Source: Candidatus Thorarchaeota archaeon
GTDB taxonomy: Archaea; Asgardarchaeota; Thorarchaeia; Thorarchaeales; Thorarchaeaceae
Direction: 5' to 3'
NCBI GenBank assembly: GCA_048882485.1
Contig: JBHLRP010000005.1
Coordinates: 44,936 to 108,935, forward strand
Length of the DNA stretch: 64,000 bases
Position 1 is the stretch's first letter. Each line of letters opens with the position of its first letter. The position numbers and the translations under genes are program-made. Below, piece by piece: positions 29,238 through 37,963 of this stretch. The notes under the pieces were generated by a model. It worked only from the letters and a program-made list of their open reading frames with translations, did not search any database and was not told the DNA's origin.

Positions 29238-32200
29238 CTAAAGCTTCGCAAGTTCTTCTTCTCTTAGCCGCTTCTTGAACAGCTTCATTACAACGGTAAG
29301 TGGGAGCTCATCTCTGAACTCAACCCACTTTGGTATTGCATAGGGTTTCACCTTTCCCTTCAGGAACTCTATGATGTCTTGTTCAGAGACCTTTCCTCTA
29401 TGCTCGGGTTTCAGCTGGATGAATGCCTTTACTCTTTCACTCCCCGGTCTTTCGGCATCAGGAATGCCAATCACACCTGCGACATCAACCGCTTCGTGTT
29501 CGTTGAGAATGTCATCAATGACCCTGCTATACACCTTGTTGCCTGAAACATTGATCATGTCCTTGATTCTGTCTACGATTTTGAAGTATCCATCCCCGTC
29601 CATTTCAACAACGTCGCCCATTGGCAGCCAAGCGCCGTCCTTCAGTCCACTGCCTGGCGTCGGCCAATAACCCCGCATGATCTGGGGTCCGCGTATCCAT
29701 ATCTCACCACGATGACTGATAGGAAGCTCCTCTCCAGTATCAGGATCGACTATTTTTATCTCAGTTTCAGGAATTGGAACTCCGACTCCTCTCTTTGTTT
29801 CCGCCATGAAACCTGTGACCTTAGAAAGAGCTGAGATGTTTATTGTGACAACGCCGGATGTTTCGGTTGCGCCATATCCTTCGCCCATAGGCACACCTGC
29901 CTTCTTCTCGAATTCCTCAGCGAGGTCTGCGGGAAGAGCTGCCGCTCCCGAGAAATAGAAGATCTGCCCCTTGATCATGTCCATCTTTGAGAATAGCATA
30001 TAGTGAGTTGGAACTGCAAATACCACAAATGGCCGATGCTGGTTGATTACTTCAACAATCTTTGGAATATCTCTCGAGTCCATCAGGTGCATTTTGAGTC
30101 CCCAAGAGATGCAGGAGTGCAAAGCCCAGTGGCCGTATGCATGGAAGATTGGCACACATATCAATCCAGCACTCTTCCCGATGATTCCTTCCTTTAGCGG
30201 ATCCATCATCCAATGCATAGTCTGCCTCACGTTGGTAGTTATGTTGTAGTGAGTCAGCATCGTTCCCTTGGGTTGACCTGTGGTGCCCCCTGTAAAAGGC
30301 AGAAGTGCAATGTCTTCCTTTGGATTAATCTCAACAGTTTCAGTATGTGGTTCATGATTCTGGATTAAGTCATCCATGAGGTGATAGTTCTCATCATCAA
30401 TATCTTCCATTGCAGGATACTGATAATCGGGGAATAGCTTCGTTGGTGTGTAGATGACTGTCTTCACTTTGGTATCAGGTTTAACCTCATTGACACGCTC
30501 GATTCGCCTGTAGGAGCAGACCACAATCTTCGCTTTGCTTTCACTGAGCTCGTATCTCAGGTCGTCAGCCTTGTGTAGAATACTGAGAGGTACATGAATG
30601 GCACCAATCTTCATGGCGGCATAGTCTGCGATAATGAATTCTGGACATGATGGGAGAACAGTTGCAACGCAATCACCCTTCTTCACACCCAATGCCACAA
30701 ACGCTGATGCAAGTCTATCAACCCTATCCTTCAATTCGGGATAGGTCATTTCCTCATCGGCGTATTCACACGCAATCACGTCCGGGAATTCCGCTGCAGT
30801 GTCTTCAAGAAACTTATACACATTTACCTCAGGATAAGGAGCCATAGAGTGCTCGAGCTTGAATGGGCCTATCTGGTAGTTTTCGAGCCATGGCTTATCT
30901 CCAACCACTTCATTGGTTCGCAACTCAGCAGCTTTCTTCTTGGTGCCAGTGGAAGCTACGTGAGTTCTATGTCTGATCAATTCTGGGGTTTCGCCCGTAT
31001 CTGCATGGACTGTATCTATAAGCCATTCCAGCCCAAGTTCCTGAAGCTTCTCAATCGTCGGTCTGCCTTGCTCATCCCACCCGCGGTATTTGTAGTACGC
31101 ATCAAGAAGAACATCCAGGTCCACAACATGTCCCTCTGCGGGGCCTTCAGGTAATGGGTCTTCCAGCAACCGTGGTGGTAATGTGTCATCAGCTCGTGTG
31201 AAGCCTTCTCTCAGAATATAAGCTCGCTCTAAATTGTAGATTCTCTCACCTGTCTTACGGAACTCCTCTGGCGTGATTTCTAGGCCCATCAAAGCGGACA
31301 TCAGTCCAGCCCAATCCTCGGCAGTGAGAACCATACCCATGAATTTACACCCACCGATCGCATCAAAATTCCCAAGTGCGTCCTCAAAGTTCTTCACAAC
31401 TAACGCGGTTTCAGGAATCTCTTGTAGGGGGTCTCCGATATCTGCGTCCTCCACAATCATGAATGGCATTGCAAGGAAAGCTGGGCCTTCGATATATGCT
31501 GTGATGTGATCGCCACCACGGTTAGCCACCGCATAAGCGAGACCAGTTACTTTGGCAGCACGGCTATCATATCCAGGCAGCTCAAGTCCCTTGACATGCA
31601 TGGCGAAATGCTCTGATCCTTGACCAAGTTTCTCCGCCATTCGCTTTGTGCCTTCAGCCAAGACGTCACCGATGCCTTCGCGCTTTCCAATCTTATGAAT
31701 AACGTCGACAACCAGCTGAGCGTTCCCCCAGGAGAAGTCCAATCCATCCACATCTTCGTTCTTCAGAATGCCCCGCTGGTAGCATTCCATTGCAAATCCG
31801 ATAGTATTCCCTGCAGATACCACGTCAATACCGTACTCATTGCAAAGGAAGTGAGCAAGTGTGATCGCCTCTAGGTTGTCCACACCACACATTGTTCCAA
31901 GAGATGCTAGTGATTCGTATTCTGGTCCTTCTCCTCTGCTCTTGAACGGACCAGCCTTGATCTCTGCTATCCGTCCGCAATGAATGGGACATGCGAAGCA
32001 GGGCTTTCGCTTCACCAATATGTTGTCGTTAATTGCAGTCCCATTGATTTGCTCCGCGTTCTCAAAGACTCCTGTCTGCCAATTCCGTGTTGGAATACCA
32101 CCCTTGACATTCACCAAGTCTACCATCGTAGCTGTTCCATAGACCTCGAGAGTCATCTTCAAAATGCTCTGGTTCACCCAGTCGAATCTCTGTTTGGCTT

Positions 32201-32870
32201 CTGCCTTGTATACTTCAGGTTCAGCAATAGGAATAGTCATGGTTCCCTTGGACGCAATTGCCTTGAGATTCTTTGAACCCATTACTGCACCCACACCACA
32301 GCGACCTGCTGCACGCCCCCAATTCTCCTCATCGCAATCATTCATGATGGCTGCATATTTGACCAAGTTCTCCCCAGCAATACCGATGCACGCGACGTTG
32401 AACTTCTCGCCATGCTTCTCTCGAAGTATCCTAGTGGTTTCTGAAGTGTTCTTCCCCCATATCTCTGAGGCGTCCACAAGTTCAGCTTTCCCGTCTTCTG
32501 TCAGCAAATAGACTGGCTTTGGAGATTTACCCTCAAATATCACCCCATCAAATCCGGAGCGCTTGAAATCTCTCCCCCAGAACCCGGCGGAGTTGGCATG
32601 TCCCCATCCATTGGTGAGTGGTGCCTTTGTCACTACACTATAGCGACCTGTGCTGGGCGATGTTGTTCCTGTCAAGGGGCCTGTCATGAGGATTAGCTTG
32701 TTTTCTGGTCCCATGGGATCAATGCCTGGTTCTGTTTCTTCAAAGAGTATCTTTGTTGCCAGTCCAGCACCGCCGAGATATTTCCTCAATGTATCCTCGT
32801 CAGGGAATTCCTCTGTTATTGTGGATGTTGTCAAGTTAATGCGCAGGATTTTGCCCATGTAGCCAAACAT
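29238..32870 (-). CDS. Fusion: aldehyde:ferredoxin oxidoreductase (W/Mo-pterin) + long-chain acyl-CoA ligase
   Basis: AOR: GYMGKILRINLT, GAVMGSKNLKAI, CFACPIHC, GPEYE, YYKYRGWD. Ligase: KPWL, FTGGTTGQPKG, GYGATET, GD, VDRIKDMINVSG, terminal Lys. Confidence 0.9.
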   Translation of the reverse strand: MFGYMGKILRINLTTSTITEEFPDEDTLRKYLGGAGLATKILFEETEPGIDPMGPENKLILMTGPLTGTTSPSTGRYSVVTKAPLTNGWGHANSAGFWGRDFKRSGFDGVIFEGKSPKPVYLLTEDGKAELVDASEIWGKNTSETTRILREKHGEKFNVACIGIAGENLVKYAAIMNDCDEENWGRAAGRCGVGAVMGSKNLKAIASKGTMTIPIAEPEVYKAEAKQRFDWVNQSILKMTLEVYGTATMVDLVNVKGGIPTRNWQTGVFENAEQINGTAINDNILVKRKPCFACPIHCGRIAEIKAGPFKSRGEGPEYESLASLGTMCGVDNLEAITLAHFLCNEYGIDVVSAGNTIGFAMECYQRGILKNEDVDGLDFSWGNAQLVVDVIHKIGKREGIGDVLAEGTKRMAEKLGQGSEHFAMHVKGLELPGYDSRAAKVTGLAYAVANRGGDHITAYIEGPAFLAMPFMIVEDADIGDPLQEIPETALVVKNFEDALGNFDAIGGCKFMGMVLTAEDWAGLMSALMGLEITPEEFRKTGERIYNLERAYILREGFTRADDTLPPRLLEDPLPEGPAEGHVVDLDVLLDAYYKYRGWDEQGRPTIEKLQELGLEWLIDTVHADTGETPELIRHRTHVASTGTKKKAAELRTNEVVGDKPWLENYQIGPFKLEHSMAPYPEVNVYKFLEDTAAEFPDVIACEYADEEMTYPELKDRVDRLASAFVALGVKKGDCVATVLPSCPEFIIADYAAMKIGAIHVPLSILHKADDLRYELSESKAKIVVCSYRRIERVNEVKPDTKVKTVIYTPTKLFPDYQYPAMEDIDDENYHLMDDLIQNHEPHTETVEINPKEDIALLPFTGGTTGQPKGTMLTHYNITTNVRQTMHWMMDPLKEGIIGKSAGLICVPIFHAYGHWALHSCISWGLKMHLMDSRDIPKIVEVINQHRPFVVFAVPTHYMLFSKMDMIKGQIFYFSGAAALPADLAEEFEKKAGVPMGEGYGATETSGVVTINISALSKVTGFMAETKRGVGVPIPETEIKIVDPDTGEELPISHRGEIWIRGPQIMRGYWPTPGSGLKDGAWLPMGDVVEMDGDGYFKIVDRIKDMINVSGNKVYSRVIDDILNEHEAVDVAGVIGIPDAERPGSERVKAFIQLKPEHRGKVSEQDIIEFLKGKVKPYAIPKWVEFRDELPLTVVMKLFKKRLREEELAKL

Positions 32871-32908
32871 GATTGGATTGACCCCTACTTATGAAGCGGG
32901 CCTTGTAC

Positions 32909-32920
32909 GGTTTTATAAGC
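32909..32920. promoter_or_regulatory. Candidate shared TATA box of the divergent AOR-ligase / moaD-SCP2 units
   Basis: TTTTATAAG lies within a 79-bp intergenic gap and reads as TATA-like on both strands. Confidence 0.45.
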
Positions 32921-32949
32921 CTGATGTTTGGAAGACTCAGAGTGGAGCT

Positions 32950-33234
32950 ATGATGAAAGTCACTGTGAAGTTCTATATAACACTTCGAGACCTCACAGGG
33001 AAGAAAGAACCAATCAATGTCGAACTGGATAAGGGTGCAACCATTTCAAACCTTCTTGATGAACTCTATTTGGATTCAGGAATTAAGGAAGCAATGATCG
33101 CAGAGGATCAGAAGGTGAAGCCGGATATTACAATACTAATCAATGGCAGGGAGATCAAATTCCTGAATGGAATTGAAACGAAATTGAGCTCTGGAGATGA
33201 GATATCGATTTTTCCACTGGTAGCAGGCGGCTGA
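32950..33234 (+). CDS. MoaD/ThiS/SAMP ubiquitin-like sulfur carrier
   Basis: KVTVKFY, ILINGREI, GDEISIFPLVAGG C-terminal di-glycine. Confidence 0.9.
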   Translation: MMKVTVKFYITLRDLTGKKEPINVELDKGATISNLLDELYLDSGIKEAMIAEDQKVKPDITILINGREIKFLNGIETKLSSGDEISIFPLVAGG

Positions 33235-33299
33235 ACCATGTGAAGCTCAATTTATCAATCAGTTTTCCATAGCCTGTTGGCGTAGTAGAAAACAAGGGA

Positions 33300-33755
33300 G
33301 TGATTGAAATTCCGAAATTGTTCTCAGATGAATGGTTAGATTTGTACAAAGATGCAATCAATGCCAACGAGGCCTACGAGAAGGCTGCGTCTTGGTGGAC
33401 TGGCGATTTTATCTTCATAATCAAAGCAAGTGGAAATTTGGATCATGATGTCATGGCCTATATCGGACTGACCCATGGAAAATGTACTGGTGTCAAATCC
33501 ATTGCAGGGGAGGATGAATATGAGATTGTCAAGCCGGGCGAATCCGCGAGCGGTGACAAACTCGCTGTGGAATACACCTATGAAGCTGACTATGAAACCT
33601 GGGTGGATATTCTGAAAGGCGAACTGGATCCCATCCGCGGCCTTCTAAGTGGAAAGGCGAAGATCGTGGGTGAAATGGCAAAGGTTCTCAAGGCAACCGA
33701 TGCAGCAAAGGAGCTAGTGCGAACTGCAGGAATGGTTGACACTGAATACTTCTAG
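33300..33755 (+). CDS. SCP2 sterol/lipid-binding domain protein
   Basis: FSDEW...INAN..Y, ADYETWVDILKGELDPIRGLLSGKAKIVG. Confidence 0.85.
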   Translation: MIEIPKLFSDEWLDLYKDAINANEAYEKAASWWTGDFIFIIKASGNLDHDVMAYIGLTHGKCTGVKSIAGEDEYEIVKPGESASGDKLAVEYTYEADYETWVDILKGELDPIRGLLSGKAKIVGEMAKVLKATDAAKELVRTAGMVDTEYF

Positions 33756-33774
33756 CTAAGCAAGGTGATGCGTT

Positions 33775-34185
33775 GTGGATGAATCAGCACAGGAAACCCT
33801 ATTCCTGACATTTAAGACTGTGATTGAAGATGTGATTGCTGACAAGCGAAAGAATCCCAAGAACACGAAGACGCTAGATGAGTTTCAGGCCAGAATTAAC
33901 ATTGGTTTGCATGTGGAAGAGGATTTCATTCTCTGGGTGAACTTGATTGCTGATGCTGGAAAATACGAACTCAACAATGGAGCCTTAGAAGAGTTCGATT
34001 TAGAGCTTATTGCTGATCCGGAGGACCTCATGTATTTCACAAATGGACAGTATTCCACAATTAAGATGATGACTTCAAAGAATAGGTTCGGTAATAGACG
34101 GTTGCGTTACAAGGGCGGTACTACTGGTCGCAACATGGGAAAGCTTCTGAAGCTTCCAAGGATTCTCGTCTTGGATAAGAAATAG
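33775..34185 (+). CDS. Divergent SCP2-like protein
   Basis: FDLELIADPEDLMYFTNG....KMMT....LRYKG pattern resembles the SCP2 C-terminal half. Confidence 0.5.
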   Translation: MDESAQETLFLTFKTVIEDVIADKRKNPKNTKTLDEFQARINIGLHVEEDFILWVNLIADAGKYELNNGALEEFDLELIADPEDLMYFTNGQYSTIKMMTSKNRFGNRRLRYKGGTTGRNMGKLLKLPRILVLDKK

Positions 34186-34278
34186 AAGATTGGAATGAAG
34201 ACTCATTCTGAATGGCTTTATGCTTCGATAACAAGACCTTTGACATGAACCTGCAATTTGCCAGCCTAGGGGCAGATT

Positions 34279-34932
34279 ATGACAAAGAAGAAGACATTCT
34301 GGCTTCAAGCCTACAAGGAGGTTGTGGAGAACAGAAAGCAGGGACCTGACTTCAAACTGATTGAATATCTAGATATTGTCCCCAAGGGTCCTGTTCTCGA
34401 CCTAGGTATGGGTCGTGGTCGTCATGCGCTCTTCTTTGCCAAACTGGGGAGAGCAGTTGAGGGTGTCGATACATCGAAGTTTTCGAAAGGGCTACCTGAA
34501 ATAATCGAAGCTGAGGGCCTTGATTTTGTATATCACAAAATGGACCTAAGAGATTTTGAATTCCCAACTCGGAAATATGCGCTAATTGTAGCGGCAAAGA
34601 TTCTGCAATTGTTCCGGAAATCTGACATAGAGAAGATTGCTGACAAGATGCTGGCGGCCTTGAAACCTAAGGGTGTCATCTATGTCTATACATTCTCCGT
34701 CGAGGATCTTCAATTCATCCGAAGCTGGGATGAACTTGAGGAAGTTGAGAAGAACACCTTCTATCATGCTAATTACAAACTTCATTTCCACTTCTTCTCA
34801 AAGGAAGAGATTCTATCGCTCTTTCCAAAACTGAAACTGCAATATTACACTGAGGGATTGAGATTCCACTCTACACAACGCCGGTCAAGACTGAATGGCG
34901 TTATCCAATATATTGGACAAAGAGTAAGATGA
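34279..34932 (+). CDS. Class I SAM methyltransferase (TehB-like)
   Basis: VLDLGMGRGRHALFFA, VEGVD, ALKPKG. Confidence 0.85.
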   Translation: MTKKKTFWLQAYKEVVENRKQGPDFKLIEYLDIVPKGPVLDLGMGRGRHALFFAKLGRAVEGVDTSKFSKGLPEIIEAEGLDFVYHKMDLRDFEFPTRKYALIVAAKILQLFRKSDIEKIADKMLAALKPKGVIYVYTFSVEDLQFIRSWDELEEVEKNTFYHANYKLHFHFFSKEEILSLFPKLKLQYYTEGLRFHSTQRRSRLNGVIQYIGQRVR

Positions 34933-35747
34933 AGGGAGAGTCGACTTGTCTCGAGTGAGGCTGGTTTCTTTGCTTTGAATTATCTGAAGAGCAGGGAGAG
35001 GTATAGCTTCTAATTGATTCGAGTTCAATAACACAACCTAAATGAGTGAAGAATATTACAGAATGTAATTATTCTAGCTATAAAGGCTACATAAAGGTTC
35101 ATTCAATATGCTATGGAGTTTCAAGATGTTGCTTTTTGAAAAGCTAAGCTAATTAGCCTTTGTGTGTTCTTTTTCCATAGGTTCCTTTCGTATCAAGAGG
35201 TGTAGTCTCAATTGAGTGGTGTCGAAGAAAAAGAAAGGGTGATTTCAATCAAGTGTTGTATCCCCCGAAAAATGTCTTCATGCACAGATGACGAGCTGCG
35301 ACTCAGTATTGTCACCTTGAAGAATGCGATTATGAACATCACTGTTTGTATGAATAGAATCGAGCGCGAACTCAAAAAGAGAGGTACTTCAATAAGTGTG
35401 TTTAAAGCCATAAGAGAGAAGCCAATTCCCGAAATAATTGAGCTAGCCGCTTTTGGGGGTCAGATGTGAAATACTAAGTCCTCATCTTGCTAGTTGCGGG
35501 GAGCGGTCTAAAATAGAAGCGCTACTATTGGGTCATTTGATAAAGCGGAATGTCAGCTCTTATGAGTCAGCCGCCCGGAATGAAATGGCGTTCTTCATAT
35601 CCTGGGAATAGTCCGAGGTAATAGACAAGTCCACATTTCTGTTTGAATCGATTTGCGGGCACATGATATCTGTTTTCAGAAGATAGAAATGCACCTTTAG
35701 ATGCAACTCTCCTACTCTATAGGCTGATGAAACAACGTGAGTAGAAG

Positions 35748-36728
35748 ATGACGCTGAAGCACAGGATCATTAACGCCATATTGCTCCGCGTAGGATATCC
35801 AAGAATCAAAGGTATTATTGCAAAACAGAAGTCGGTCTGTAAAATCCCCACTGCATTGACTTCAACACCAAACTCACCCACAAGATTTGAGATTCCCCTT
35901 GAAGCCATTAAGATGATGAAAGAACGTGAAGACTTCGAGATGAAACAGACCTTTCCAATGAGAAGAATGCTGTCGATAATGAGGAATATCAACAAGACAA
36001 TCGATACACTACCCGATAATCCTGCTGCATCATCCAATGGGACTTCCGGTGACTTCATCGACACCTTGAAGGAATTTGCCTACTCCCAAGGTGTGGGCAT
36101 CATTCATTTCACCAAGTTGCCCAGAGACCTGATCTTCCAAGAGTTTGGTGTGCTATATGATAATGCAATAATCTTGGCAATGGAAATGAGCCAGGAGAAA
36201 ATTGACCAAGCCCCCAGTCAGGCCACATTCAAGATGGTCTTCGATACCTATGATGACCTTGGAATTGCAGCAAACAGAATCGCGGCTTTCTTGCGGGAAC
36301 ATGGGTACGCAGCTCAGGCCGATCACCCATTGGGCGGAACAGTTCTATATCCACCGCTTGCCCAAAGAGCAGGGATTGGCTTTGTGGGGAAGCATGGCCT
36401 CCTTATCACTCCCAAATTTGGCTCAAGAGTTAGACTCGCAGCTGTGTACACGAGTATTCAGAATTTGCCTGATATGAAGGAAAACAATCACAATTGGATC
36501 GCGGATTACTGCAAGATCTGCGGCCTTTGCATAAAGCAATGTCCACCTGGGGCGATTCTTGAAGAAACTATTATGCGTGACACTGGTATCAATACTGATA
36601 TCGTTCAGAGGGACTGCTTCGAATATTTCGTGGTGAATTATGGATGTTCGGTATGCATCAAGGTCTGTCCGTTCTCCAAGGGCATTGATGCTTATGAACG
36701 GTTGAAGCAAGTGGTTGAGAAACAGTAA
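35748..36728 (+). CDS. QueG/reductive dehalogenase-like 2x[4Fe-4S] protein
   Basis: AQRAGIGFVGKHGLLITPKFGSRVRLAAVYT, CKICGLCIKQCP, C...CSVCIKVCP; no Tat motif. Confidence 0.8.
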   Translation: MTLKHRIINAILLRVGYPRIKGIIAKQKSVCKIPTALTSTPNSPTRFEIPLEAIKMMKEREDFEMKQTFPMRRMLSIMRNINKTIDTLPDNPAASSNGTSGDFIDTLKEFAYSQGVGIIHFTKLPRDLIFQEFGVLYDNAIILAMEMSQEKIDQAPSQATFKMVFDTYDDLGIAANRIAAFLREHGYAAQADHPLGGTVLYPPLAQRAGIGFVGKHGLLITPKFGSRVRLAAVYTSIQNLPDMKENNHNWIADYCKICGLCIKQCPPGAILEETIMRDTGINTDIVQRDCFEYFVVNYGCSVCIKVCPFSKGIDAYERLKQVVEKQ

Positions 36729-36748
36729 TTCTAGTGGAAGTCCACCCG

Positions 36749-37891
36749 TCAATTATCACCTAAGTATTCATGTGCTTTCTTAAGCTGGTCAATGATTTCA
36801 ATGGCCTGGGGACACTTCTCAAGACACTCACCACATTCTTCGCAAGCAGAAGCATTTGCCCCTTTGGCCCATGGTGTTTTTCCAATCAATGAGTAGAGAC
36901 GCCTTGCTTGCTGTCTATGTCCATATATCTCGTAATTCTGGAGTGCTTCGAATATTAGACTGATATTCACTTCATTTGGACAAGGTTCACAGTATTTACA
37001 CTGGGTGCAGACGAGGTCACAGAGTTCTTTGAATTTCCTGGCGATGCTCTCAATTGACTCCTCTTCCTTCTGCATCAGTTTATCATAATCTTCTCTAGAT
37101 GCAAGACGAAGGTTATCTTCAAGCATAGAATCAGAACCCATTCCTGAAAGTGCAACAGAAACGTTGGGATTGCTGTAAACGAATTTCAATGCCAGGTCTA
37201 CGTAGTTCTTTCTGCCTGGTGAAAGCCATTCCTTCATCTCTTCCGGCAAATCCTCTCCAGCTAGTCTTCCTCCGCCTACTGGACCCATAATCGCAACGGC
37301 GAGCCCCTTTTTCCCGGCATAGTTGATCATCTCATGATTGACTTGGTCAACGATATTGTATTGAACAAGCATTAGCTCAAAGTGTCCTGAGTCTATGATC
37401 TCTTTGAGGACCTCAGGTTTGTCATGAAACGAGAATGCGAAGTGTCGAAATTTCCCCTCTTCCTTAGCCATCATTGCTCTGTCTATGAGATCCATGCCCA
37501 ATACTTTCTCCTCGAAGGTCTTCTTGTTCAAGGAGTGGAATAGATAGTAATCCAGATACTCGACATCCAAGCGTCTTAGCTGTTCGTCAAGATACTTCTC
37601 GAAGTGCTCAGGCTTTGAAAATTCATCAGGTCCCACCGGGCATTTCGTTGCCAATGTCACTCTCTCTCGATATCCATCCTTTAGAGCCAACCCTACGACA
37701 ACCTCGCTCTCCCCACCATGATAAGGCCAAGCGGTATCTATGTAGTTGATGCCATTGTCAATTCCTTTTCGGATTAGCTGGATTGCTTCAACTCTCTTGA
37801 TTTTGCCATCCTCATCAGTGGGAAGGCGCATTGCTCCAAATCCCAGCACTGATACCTTTGTTCCTGTATTGCCCAAAGCCCTGTACTTCAT
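36749..37891 (-). CDS. Aldo/keto reductase with C-terminal Fe-S domain
   Basis: LGFGAMRLP, IDTAWPYH, CTQCKYCEPCP, CEECGECLEKCPQ. Confidence 0.9.
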   Translation of the reverse strand: MKYRALGNTGTKVSVLGFGAMRLPTDEDGKIKRVEAIQLIRKGIDNGINYIDTAWPYHGGESEVVVGLALKDGYRERVTLATKCPVGPDEFSKPEHFEKYLDEQLRRLDVEYLDYYLFHSLNKKTFEEKVLGMDLIDRAMMAKEEGKFRHFAFSFHDKPEVLKEIIDSGHFELMLVQYNIVDQVNHEMINYAGKKGLAVAIMGPVGGGRLAGEDLPEEMKEWLSPGRKNYVDLALKFVYSNPNVSVALSGMGSDSMLEDNLRLASREDYDKLMQKEEESIESIARKFKELCDLVCTQCKYCEPCPNEVNISLIFEALQNYEIYGHRQQARRLYSLIGKTPWAKGANASACEECGECLEKCPQAIEIIDQLKKAHEYLGDN

Positions 37892-37963
37892 GCCATTTCA
37901 ACTCGTGAAGGTATCCTGCAGGTTACATCGCCTCTGTTAAATACAGGGGTTAAAGTTGAATGG

